A stretch of DNA of 9,930 nucleotides from an uncultured archaeon (GCA_964595665.1 CAZQQS010000017.1:3230-13159); one strand, 5' to 3'; counted from the stretch's first letter, positions 1 through 7,400 are shown. The notes: generated from the letters alone by a model not told the origin. Program-made: numbers and translations.

Positions 1-3000
1 TTGATTTAGCATTACCTAAATTAATTTGTGCAGAATAATATTTGTTTTTCAAATCAGAATTTAATGAATTTGAAATAAATTCTTTTGGCTCAACACCACA
101 TTTTACTAAACTAACATCACCAAAAGCTTCAGATCCTTGGCTAGTTAAAACTATTTTCATAGGATCTGTTTTCAAATGTGCTTGTGCTAAATCTACATCT
201 GTAAAATTCACTTCTAAAATATATTCTTTTCTTAAACCATCTAAAAAAGAAACAGAACTTACAGAATTATTAAAACTATCTTTTATTCTTGTAGTATAAC
301 CCATATTAGGCCCTGAAACAGTTAATTCTCCCGAACCTAATTTAACACCATCAACAACAAAAGTACATTCTTGTTTTCCCAAACCAAAATAAATTGGACC
401 ACATTTAGTTACAGAATATTTTCCTGCACTAGTATCTTCTAAATGTGTTGCACTATAAGATCCATCTTCATTAATACAGCCACCTAAAGTGCCATCCCAC
501 ATAGCTTTAATTAATCTTAAAGCATCTTGCTTATCTGACAAATTAGTTAAATTAAATGCATTATTTAAAACAACATTTACAATAGAATCTTTTACATTAA
601 CATTTAATTTTGATTGACCTATATTACCAGTTGCAATATGTAAAATATTATAGCTTCTTGAAGAATCAATTCTTTCAGAACCAAAAATAGATTTTGAAAC
701 TTCTTTTGCAAAATCTTTAATTCCAGTTTCAGAATCTAAAACAGCATATCTAAAACCATATAATGAATCTGTTTTTTGAACTATATCTTTTGGCAAATAC
801 ATTATAAAATTTTCTTGTTTTTCCTCACATTGTGGAGTACTTTCTTTTTCAATAACATCTACGAATAAATTAATATTATCGCTTTGAGGAATTTGATCTC
901 TAACTAAAAAAGATCCTTTCAAATCTATAACATATTTTCCACAACCTTTTAATTCGGGGTCAACATAAATATTTTGGAAATTATAATTATAAGATGTTAA
1001 ATCTAAATTTGTACTAGATGCTAAAGAAACACCTCTAATTGATTTTATATTTTGCACTATTTTTTCTTTTAAATATTCTAAACTAATATCATCATGCATT
1101 AAATATAATGTAAATTGAGTTGTTTGCACACCAATATATTCAAATCCACAAGTTTGTGATTCAATATTACAACTTGTTAAACCTAAATTCTTACTATATT
1201 TCAATACTTGAGAATTATAATTATCATAAAAACCTTTTAATTTTCCAGATATAAATTCTGTTGCTAATTGACCATCACAATAAGCTTCAGAACAAGAAAC
1301 ACTTTTTGCAATTTTAGGAACAGTTATTTTAACATTTCCTGAACCATCACATTTAGCAATTTCCTTTTGTGTAATTGGATCTTTACCAGCAGTAATTTTT
1401 GATTCACCAATATCAAATTCATAATTAATAGTTAAATTATATTTTGCACCAGTATATTGACCCATAGCTTCAAAAATTATTGGTTTAGTTAAAGACATAA
1501 TTTTAGCAGTATTCAAAACAGATTTTAATTTTACAGTTTGCATCGGAGCCAAAACATTAGATTCAGAAGTAATTTCTAATGAATTACCTTCAATATCTTG
1601 TTTAATAGGAGTATTAATTAAAATTGGTTCTACACATTCATTAATTAAAGTTGCAGAATTATTTTCTAAATTAATTCCTAATTTATTAGTCATAAAAGTA
1701 ATTTTATTTTGTGGAACAGTTAATTTAAAACAATTTTGAGTTGATAAATTTATCAACAAAGGCATTGTTTGACTTACTTCTTGATTATCTATTGCATTAG
1801 TTCCAGTTGCTGTTATAGAATATGCTGATACTGTATTAGAAGTTCTTGAAAATTGTGCGTTTACAAATAATTGCACCATAATTGTTTGACCAGGCAATAT
1901 TTGAGGAACTACATTTGGATTTGAAGCAATATGCACATTATTAGAATAGGAATTCAAATTACGTAAATAATCTCCTGTTGGATCTAAAGAAGTATTTCCT
2001 AAATTACTGCTTAAAGAATATAAACTATCCATACCATACATTCCACCAGCAGTTAATGGAGTATAAGAAATTTTTAAATTCTTTATTGGAGAATTACCAA
2101 TATTTTTTAATGTTAATAATTGAATAGATTGTTGACCAGAAACCATATACATTTGTTGTTGTTGTAAAGCCATTACAAAGGTAGTATCACTATTTACCAT
2201 TTTTATAGATAATGGAATTTCTTTTTTCAAATATCCAACATCAAAAATAACATTTGTTTCCAAATTCAAATTTGCAGTAGTTAATTTCTTAATTGCATTA
2301 ATATTATATTTTATAGATTTTGATTCTCCTTTACCTAAAGACGCACTAGTAGTATTAAAGGTTAATAATGCATCTAAATCTTCTGTACTTCTACTTTCTA
2401 AAATTGCAGAAACATTAGAAAAATTATATTCACAATTATTAGTTAAAACAAATTCACCATTATACTTTTCACTAGGAACATCGTAAACTGTAATTGTTGT
2501 AGCTTTAGGAGTAATATCTAAACAAACACTATCTAAATCTTTATTTGCAGAAAAACTTAAAGCACTTAATGCTCTAACAGTTTCTTTATCATTAATTAAT
2601 CCAGTAATTGCAATATCTTGAGATCCAAAAACTAAATCTTCATTTTCATAACTTACGTTAATATATAATATTGCTGATTGACCAGGCAAAATATTTGTTC
2701 TATTAAATTTATAATCAATAACAAACATTTCTGCATTATCTTTTAATATTTCCACACCCAAATTTATTACAGGCAATTTAGAAATATTTTTTACTTCTAA
2801 CTCATAATCAATTTGAGTCATCCCATTTGGGATTCTAATATCATTTTGTTTATTTACAGATAAAACATTTAATCGAGTTACAATAAACTTGCCAGAAACA
2901 TTAGAATAATTTTTAGCACTAACAGTATAAGTATAATTTCCAGCTGGCAATTCTTTAATAATATACTCACCATTTAATCCATTTCCTAAAGTATTGTCTC

Positions 3001-5830
3001 CTAAAAATAAAACACTAACTAAATTTTCAGAATCATAAACATTTAATTTTGCATTAGTTATTGCTCCAGAAGTACTTGAAACTTTAAATGCAATTGGTTT
3101 TCCTAATTCATAAACAGAACTATTCAAAGTTACTTGCATATTAGATTTTTCTTTAATATTAAATGAAAAATCTCTGTTAATTTGCATTTGATCAATTAAC
3201 ATATTAATTTTTCCAACACCTATAGATTTAGCTTCGAAATATAATCTATATTTTGCAATTTGACCTTTAAATAAATTTAATTGTAAATCTAAATCTGTTT
3301 GTTGTGAATCTTCTGGCAAAAATTCCATTAAATCCGAACTTATATTATTTAATACTAAATTCTCCATAATGTTTTTTGAACTAAACTTTACAGTAGTTGA
3401 CAAGTCATTTATAGAATAAAATTCTAATTCCAAAGCGTATTTTTGATCTAATGATGCTTCAAAATTTTCAATTTTTCCAAACTCATCTACAAACCTATAA
3501 GCATAACACAAATTTGCAATTTCACTACATTCAAAAGTATCTGAAAATACTTGCAAACTCTCAACCTTAGTTAACGCATATAATCTTTCTAATTTATTAG
3601 AACTTATTTCTGTATTTGGATCTGAATGATAAACACCATCATATGAAATTGCTCTAAATTCTAATGGAATTTTTTCAATACTTATTGTAGGATCAATTTT
3701 AATTTTAACATTAAATTCATTTGAACCTTTTGGTGAATCATAGTAAATATTTACCCAATTATTTTTAATTCCAGGTCTTCCAAATACTTGCAAATCTTTT
3801 ACTGTTGACAAAGATTCATTTTTTGAGAAATATAACCCATATTCAGTGCTTGCACCATAAGCTGTTGCACCATATATTCCATAACCATTTGCTAAAGAAT
3901 ATCCTTCACCTAAACGAACGTGTAATTCACCTTTATTTTGTGCTTTAGGCCAAACAACATTAAATTTTAGATTATATGTTTCTCCAGCTTTTACACCATT
4001 TACTTTTTTACCAAAAGCATCATAAATTCCTAAAAAAGAAATTCTTGGATTTGTAGATATGTCTAAAACATTTAATGTAAATTCCATTTTTGGTTCTACC
4101 ATTAAAATCTTAGAATAATATGTTTCTTCAAAAAATACAGATACCTCTACTTCTTTTAAGTCATAAGGATAAAATTCTATTATTCCATCCAAAGTATTTC
4201 CATCATACAATACTTGTGTTTCAGAAGATATTTTTAATTCTGCATTTTTTAAAACTTTTCCATCTAAGCCATACACATATAATTTTGAATTACCTTTATT
4301 TGGTAACATTACTATATCAAAATCATTTTGACCAACAACTAAGTTTTCTTCCATAGTGCCAAATAAATCTTGAGATGTTGCTTCAACATATAATCTTTTA
4401 TTTGCTTCTAAAATAACGCTAAAAAAACCAGCAATAGATGATTTCGAATCTGGTAAAATAATTGGATAATATTCTAAATTATCAACATAAAATAATTGCA
4501 ATGCAGAACTTACAGGAATATCTTTAGAATCAATTGTAAAAATATTTATTACGGCATTATTTTGCATATTAATTGGTTTTAAAATAATTTCTTCTCTTCC
4601 AGAATTTACATTAGTTACTTTTTTTGTAGAAGGATAATAATTATCTTCAGTATATGCTGAAAGATATGCACTTCTTTTAACATCTAACCCAGAAAATTCT
4701 ACTGTTCCCAAAATGCCAGTTCTATTTACATCTAATAATAATCCATTTTCGGAATATAATGCAACTAATACATTTGATAATTCTTTTCCTGCTTCATTTT
4801 TAGCAGTAACAATTAAATTTACTCCACCTGTTAACAAATCTACATCTCTAGACATAGAGTTTTGAATTACAGTAATATTTTGATTTGTTTCTTGTGAATT
4901 AAATGTTATGAAACCTTCTTTTGAAACAACATATCTTACAACTATACCTTTAGGAATATTTACTAATCCTAAACCCGCATTATCAGTATAAATTTCATCA
5001 ATTTTATCGTTTGTTTTTGTATTATATAATTCAATTTTTGCATCGTTTAAACCAATATTTAAAGATTTAACTAAAAAATTTATAGTCCCTGATTCAGTAG
5101 AATTAAATGATTTTCTTTCTATTTCTACATTTTCAATAACCCCATCTCTAGCATATATGGTTTTATCTGTTTCCATATACCCATCTAAAACAACTTTCAA
5201 TTTTAAAGGTGTTGCAATAGGAATATTTAATAAATTTATTTCTCCTTTAGAATTTGTTTCTCCTTCATATAAAATATCTTCACCATTTAATAAAATTATT
5301 TTTGCTCCAGATAAAACAGTTTTTTCAATATTATCTACTAATCTTAAAGACATATTTCCTAATAACTCATCTTTAGAAAAATTTAATTTTAATTCTAAAT
5401 CTTTATCCTCAACAACTATTGTTGCTGGCCCTAAAAAAGTATATCCTGAAATAATTGCAGATACAGCAATTACCGCTCCATTTTTAGTAGTAAAATTATA
5501 TTTCCCAGGTGTAACTACTTCCTCAAATATAGCTTCATCATTAACAGTTAAAGTTAAATCTGCAGAGGGTAATGAATTTCCAGCAGCATCTACTATAGAT
5601 ACATACATGTTAACATTGACTTTTGAAACCATAAAAACTAATAAAACGATTAAAGCAATCAAAATCAATAATAAGATTATATTAAACCAAACAGGTGGAA
5701 TTCCTTTAGATTCTAAAAAATCATTATACTTATCTATAGGAAGTCCCTTCTCAGATAAGAAATCAGAGAATGCATAATATTTATCTTCAAAAAAACCATT
5801 TATTTTTGTAAAAAATTCACCAACACCCAT
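1..5830 (-). CDS. Giant membrane-anchored cell-surface protein, 3'-partial (>=1943 aa visible, stop beyond the left window edge). Contains carboxypeptidase-regulatory-like/PEGA-type beta-sandwich repeats, CARDB/S-layer-like modules and orphan regions.
   Basis: The start is ATG at 5830..5828. AGGTG sits 5 nt upstream, and an in-frame TAA lies at 5840..5842. I checked every plus-strand triplet starting at positions equal to 2 mod 3, from 2 to 5828. None is TTA, CTA or TCA, so the minus-strand frame has 1943 codons and no stop. The translation begins MGVGEFFTKINGFFEDKYYAFSDFLSEKGLPIDKYNDFLESKGIPPVWFNIILLLILIALIVLLVFMVSK, with one hydrophobic helix at aa 46-68. It continues with repeated motifs such as MSLRLVDNIEKTVLSGAKIILLNGEDILYEGETNSKGEINLLNIPIATPLKLKVVLDGYMETDKTI. 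The track omits it because there is no stop in the window. The plus-strand ORFs listed here are antisense shadows of this gene. Confidence 0.85.
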   Translation of the reverse strand, partial: MGVGEFFTKINGFFEDKYYAFSDFLSEKGLPIDKYNDFLESKGIPPVWFNIILLLILIALIVLLVFMVSKVNVNMYVSIVDAAGNSLPSADLTLTVNDEAIFEEVVTPGKYNFTTKNGAVIAVSAIISGYTFLGPATIVVEDKDLELKLNFSKDELLGNMSLRLVDNIEKTVLSGAKIILLNGEDILYEGETNSKGEINLLNIPIATPLKLKVVLDGYMETDKTIYARDGVIENVEIERKSFNSTESGTINFLVKSLNIGLNDAKIELYNTKTNDKIDEIYTDNAGLGLVNIPKGIVVRYVVSKEGFITFNSQETNQNITVIQNSMSRDVDLLTGGVNLIVTAKNEAGKELSNVLVALYSENGLLLDVNRTGILGTVEFSGLDVKRSAYLSAYTEDNYYPSTKKVTNVNSGREEIILKPINMQNNAVINIFTIDSKDIPVSSALQLFYVDNLEYYPIILPDSKSSIAGFFSVILEANKRLYVEATSQDLFGTMEENLVVGQNDFDIVMLPNKGNSKLYVYGLDGKVLKNAELKISSETQVLYDGNTLDGIIEFYPYDLKEVEVSVFFEETYYSKILMVEPKMEFTLNVLDISTNPRISFLGIYDAFGKKVNGVKAGETYNLKFNVVWPKAQNKGELHVRLGEGYSLANGYGIYGATAYGASTEYGLYFSKNESLSTVKDLQVFGRPGIKNNWVNIYYDSPKGSNEFNVKIKIDPTISIEKIPLEFRAISYDGVYHSDPNTEISSNKLERLYALTKVESLQVFSDTFECSEIANLCYAYRFVDEFGKIENFEASLDQKYALELEFYSINDLSTTVKFSSKNIMENLVLNNISSDLMEFLPEDSQQTDLDLQLNLFKGQIAKYRLYFEAKSIGVGKINMLIDQMQINRDFSFNIKEKSNMQVTLNSSVYELGKPIAFKVSSTSGAITNAKLNVYDSENLVSVLFLGDNTLGNGLNGEYIIKELPAGNYTYTVSAKNYSNVSGKFIVTRLNVLSVNKQNDIRIPNGMTQIDYELEVKNISKLPVINLGVEILKDNAEMFVIDYKFNRTNILPGQSAILYINVSYENEDLVFGSQDIAITGLINDKETVRALSALSFSANKDLDSVCLDITPKATTITVYDVPSEKYNGEFVLTNNCEYNFSNVSAILESRSTEDLDALLTFNTTSASLGKGESKSIKYNINAIKKLTTANLNLETNVIFDVGYLKKEIPLSIKMVNSDTTFVMALQQQQMYMVSGQQSIQLLTLKNIGNSPIKNLKISYTPLTAGGMYGMDSLYSLSSNLGNTSLDPTGDYLRNLNSYSNNVHIASNPNVVPQILPGQTIMVQLFVNAQFSRTSNTVSAYSITATGTNAIDNQEVSQTMPLLINLSTQNCFKLTVPQNKITFMTNKLGINLENNSATLINECVEPILINTPIKQDIEGNSLEITSESNVLAPMQTVKLKSVLNTAKIMSLTKPIIFEAMGQYTGAKYNLTINYEFDIGESKITAGKDPITQKEIAKCDGSGNVKITVPKIAKSVSCSEAYCDGQLATEFISGKLKGFYDNYNSQVLKYSKNLGLTSCNIESQTCGFEYIGVQTTQFTLYLMHDDISLEYLKEKIVQNIKSIRGVSLASSTNLDLTSYNYNFQNIYVDPELKGCGKYVIDLKGSFLVRDQIPQSDNINLFVDVIEKESTPQCEEKQENFIMYLPKDIVQKTDSLYGFRYAVLDSETGIKDFAKEVSKSIFGSERIDSSRSYNILHIATGNIGQSKLNVNVKDSIVNVVLNNAFNLTNLSDKQDALRLIKAMWDGTLGGCINEDGSYSATHLEDTSAGKYSVTKCGPIYFGLGKQECTFVVDGVKLGSGELTVSGPNMGYTTRIKDSFNNSVSSVSFLDGLRKEYILEVNFTDVDLAQAHLKTDPMKIVLTSQGSEAFGDVSLVKCGVEPKEFISNSLNSDLKNKYYSAQINLGNAKS
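1511..2833 (-). other. Four CARDB / archaeal S-layer-domain-like modules within the giant protein (aa ~1000-1440).
   Basis: The modules share the pattern x-L/V-x-V/L-x-N-x-S/G-x-x-P-I/V-x-N-L ... I-L-P-G-Q-S/T-x-x-hydrophobic-x-hydrophobic. One example is DYELEVKNISKLPVINLGVEILK...NILPGQSAILYINVSY. Another is IQLLTLKNIGNSPIKNLKISYTP...QILPGQTIMVQLFVNA. The LPGQ codons are an identical 12-mer, ttgaccaggcaa, at 2678..2689 and 1886..1897. Two weaker modules are bracketed by Cys pairs (C1103/C1133 and C1367/C1399). Confidence 0.4.
4091..5608 (-). repeat. Six tandem, highly diverged protein-level repeats of about 70-90 aa (aa ~75-580 of the giant protein). They resemble the carboxypeptidase regulatory-like / PEGA beta-sandwich fold.
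   Basis: The same pattern recurs six times: hydrophobic-x-hydrophobic-x-D/K, then A/G-x-I/V-x-L, then T/N-x-x-G-x-hydrophobic-x-hydrophobic, then Y-x-V/L-x-V/A-x-x-G/E-Y/F. Examples are VSIVDAAGNSLPSADLTLTVN...GKYNF, INFLVKSLNIGLNDAKIELYN...TDNAGLGLVNIPKGIVVRYVVSKEGF, VNLIVTAKNEAGKELSNVLVALYS...GILGTVEFSGL...YLSAYTEDNY, and KLYVYGLDGKVLKNAELKISS...TLDGIIEFYPY. A seventh copy lies at aa ~897-985 (nt 2876..3142). No nucleotide-level repeat is visible. The family assignment is by eye, without an HMM. Confidence 0.55.
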
Positions 5831-5835
5831 AATAA

Positions 5836-5840
5836 CACCT
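5836..5840 (-). promoter_or_regulatory. Shine-Dalgarno-like site (AGGTG) for the giant ORF.
   Basis: The minus strand reads AAGGTGTTATTATG. AGGTG is complementary to the conserved 16S 3' end and lies 5 nt from the ATG. Confidence 0.5.
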
Positions 5841-5868
5841 TATATATATAAATAATAACATTTATAAA
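5841..5868 (-). promoter_or_regulatory. AT-rich TATA-like elements in the 46-nt cls/giant-gene spacer. This may be an internal promoter.
   Basis: On the minus strand there is TTTATAAA (5861..5868) and TTTATATATATA (5841..5852). If the first is an archaeal TATA box, the transcription start would fall near the SD and give a very short leader. Co-transcription with cls is equally plausible. Confidence 0.2.
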
Positions 5869-5876
5869 TAATGTAT

Positions 5877-7310
5877 CTAAAGCATAGGCGATATTAACCT
5901 TGCTAAAGATTCTAGTAGCCTTTCAAATTTACTTTTCTTCTTTAAGTTTTGTATATTTAACTCTACTGAATTCAATAAATCCTTATTAAAAATATCTACC
6001 AATTCATTAGTTTTATTAACGTCCAAAACAAAAGAACTTGCTTCAAAATCCAAATTTAAACTTCTTGAATTCAAATTTGCTGAACCAATAGAACACAAAT
6101 TATCAGAAATTAATAATTTATTATGTAAAAAACCTTTATCATAATAATAAATCTTTATCCCAACATCCAATAACTCATATAAAAAGGTTTTTGATGCTAA
6201 ATTAACAATATTTACATCTGATTTCAAAGGCAGAATTATTTTTACATCTACTCCTTTTAATGCAGCATTTTTTAAAGCAAATAATAATGTTTCATCCGGA
6301 ATAAAATAAGGTGTTTGAATATATAATCGTTTTTCAGCAGAAGTAATTAATGAAAATAAAATAAATTTTAAATTAGTTAATTTGTTATCTGGACCTGAAG
6401 GTGCAATAAATAAACTTGTATTTCCCGAATAATAAAATTTAGGAAACAAATCAAAAGAATCTATTTCTTTCTTTTTTACATAAACCCAATCTTTTAAAAA
6501 AATAGTTTGTAATGAATATACTGCTGGACCAATAATTTTTAATTGCATATCTCTCCAATTACCTAAAGAATTTCCTTTCAAATAATTCTCTCCAATATTT
6601 ATGCCTCCAATAAATCCAACCCTACCATCAATAATTGCTATTTTTCTATGATTCCTATGATTTATTTTACTTCTTAAAATAGAGTAATATACTGGATTAA
6701 ATACTGCATAATCAATATTATTTGTTTTACATATCTTTTTGAAATGTTTTTCAAATTTATTTGATCCTAAACCATCAATCAATATCCTTACTTTAACATT
6801 TTGTTTGGTTTTTTTAATTAACAAATTAAATAACTCTTTCGATAAGGAATCGTTTTCAAAAATATAGTATTCTAAATGAATATGCTTTTTTGCACTCTTT
6901 ATATTTTCAAATAATTCTGGAAAAAATTCTTTGCCATTGTTTAAAAATTTAATATCGTTATTATTGGAAAAAGGCATATTTGTTGAGTTTAATGCCAAAT
7001 AAATCAAATTTTTAGTTGCAACTAAATCTTTAGGATAATGTTTTGTTAATAAGATATTTTTTTGCATTGAAACTACTTTTTTTATAGCTTTATTATATTT
7101 CTTTCTTTTTAATTTCCAATCATAAAATTTTCTCTTTAAACTTTCTCCTAAAAACAAATATGCTATAATACCAATTCCTGGTAAAAGTATAATTACTAAA
7201 AGCCAAGCAATTGTTTTATATGGATCTCTATTCTCCAGAATTAAAACCAGAATTAAATTAAGAATGTATAACACGAATAAAATTAATAAAACATATAATA
7301 GCCAAGGCAT
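5877..7310 (-). CDS. cls: Cardiolipin synthase (phospholipase D superfamily, two HKD motifs, N-terminal membrane anchor).
   Basis: The ORF is 477 aa and ends in TAG at 5877..5879. HKD motif 1 is HRKIAIIDGRVGFIGGINIGENY (H221/K223/D228, nt 6627..6650). HKD motif 2 is HNKLLISDNLCSIGSANLNSRS (H396/K398/D403, nt 6102..6125). There are two N-terminal hydrophobic helices, with the Cls-typical ENRDPYKTIAWLLVIILLPGIGIIAYLFLG. An AGGA lies 8 nt upstream of the ATG (7319..7322). Confidence 0.9.
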   Translation of the reverse strand: MPWLLYVLLILFVLYILNLILVLILENRDPYKTIAWLLVIILLPGIGIIAYLFLGESLKRKFYDWKLKRKKYNKAIKKVVSMQKNILLTKHYPKDLVATKNLIYLALNSTNMPFSNNNDIKFLNNGKEFFPELFENIKSAKKHIHLEYYIFENDSLSKELFNLLIKKTKQNVKVRILIDGLGSNKFEKHFKKICKTNNIDYAVFNPVYYSILRSKINHRNHRKIAIIDGRVGFIGGINIGENYLKGNSLGNWRDMQLKIIGPAVYSLQTIFLKDWVYVKKKEIDSFDLFPKFYYSGNTSLFIAPSGPDNKLTNLKFILFSLITSAEKRLYIQTPYFIPDETLLFALKNAALKGVDVKIILPLKSDVNIVNLASKTFLYELLDVGIKIYYYDKGFLHNKLLISDNLCSIGSANLNSRSLNLDFEASSFVLDVNKTNELVDIFNKDLLNSVELNIQNLKKKSKFERLLESLARLISPML

Positions 7311-7344
7311 ACATATTATCCTACTTAAAATTATTTAAAGCTAT

Positions 7345-7366
7345 GTATATATACTATATTTATAAA
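7345..7366. promoter_or_regulatory. Candidate bidirectional promoter core between divergent cls and tRNA-Gln.
   Basis: A perfect 10-bp palindrome, GTATATATAC (7345..7354), lies about 26 nt from the cls SD region. TTTATAAA (7359..7366) is centred about 38 nt upstream of the mature tRNA 5' end. That spacing fits an archaeal TATA box at about -26 plus a leader of about 12 nt. This is based on sequence pattern only. Confidence 0.3.
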
Positions 7367-7400
7367 CATTTCTTAACAAGAAATAAATACTATTTTTAAT

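Noticed and set aside
42-299. 85-aa plus-strand ORF from the track (it starts at a TTG).
   Set aside because: It lies entirely antisense to the verified 1943-codon minus-strand frame. Its composition is low-complexity (F/K/S/L-rich), it has no RBS, and it is a typical shadow ORF.
4120-4356. 78-aa plus-strand ORF from the track.
   Set aside because: It is antisense to the giant CDS. The translation is L/F/H/I-rich with no recognisable motif, so I treat it as a shadow ORF.
5157-5777. 206-aa plus-strand ORF, the longest call in the left 5.8 kb.
   Set aside because: It is antisense to the N-terminal repeats of the giant protein. A long open antisense frame is expected opposite a long AT-rich CDS. 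It shows no motif, start context or family resemblance, whereas the minus-strand frame has a Shine-Dalgarno site, a TM helix and domain repeats.
1-5830. Alternative genetic code (UGA or UAA/UAG reassignment) as the reason no ORF was called over 5.8 kb.
   Set aside because: The minus-strand frame has no standard stop codons at all, so no reassignment is needed. Trp is encoded by TGG. Cls, RSH and ProRS are also uninterrupted and of the expected length under the standard code. The omission is an edge effect, because there is no stop in the window.
1-5830. Diversity-generating retroelement target, or a nucleotide tandem-repeat/contingency locus, inside the giant gene.
   Set aside because: There is no reverse transcriptase and no template/variable repeat pair. 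I saw no nucleotide-level repeat longer than the 12-mer at 1886/2678. The C-terminus, where such targets usually lie, is outside the window, so this cannot be supported here.
5877-7310. The PLD-family protein as an HKD nuclease or defence effector rather than a lipid enzyme.
   Set aside because: It has two HKD motifs in one chain and two N-terminal TM helices. It also has the Cls-specific RDP...AWLL...LP..G...YL.G segment. These features indicate a membrane cardiolipin synthase.
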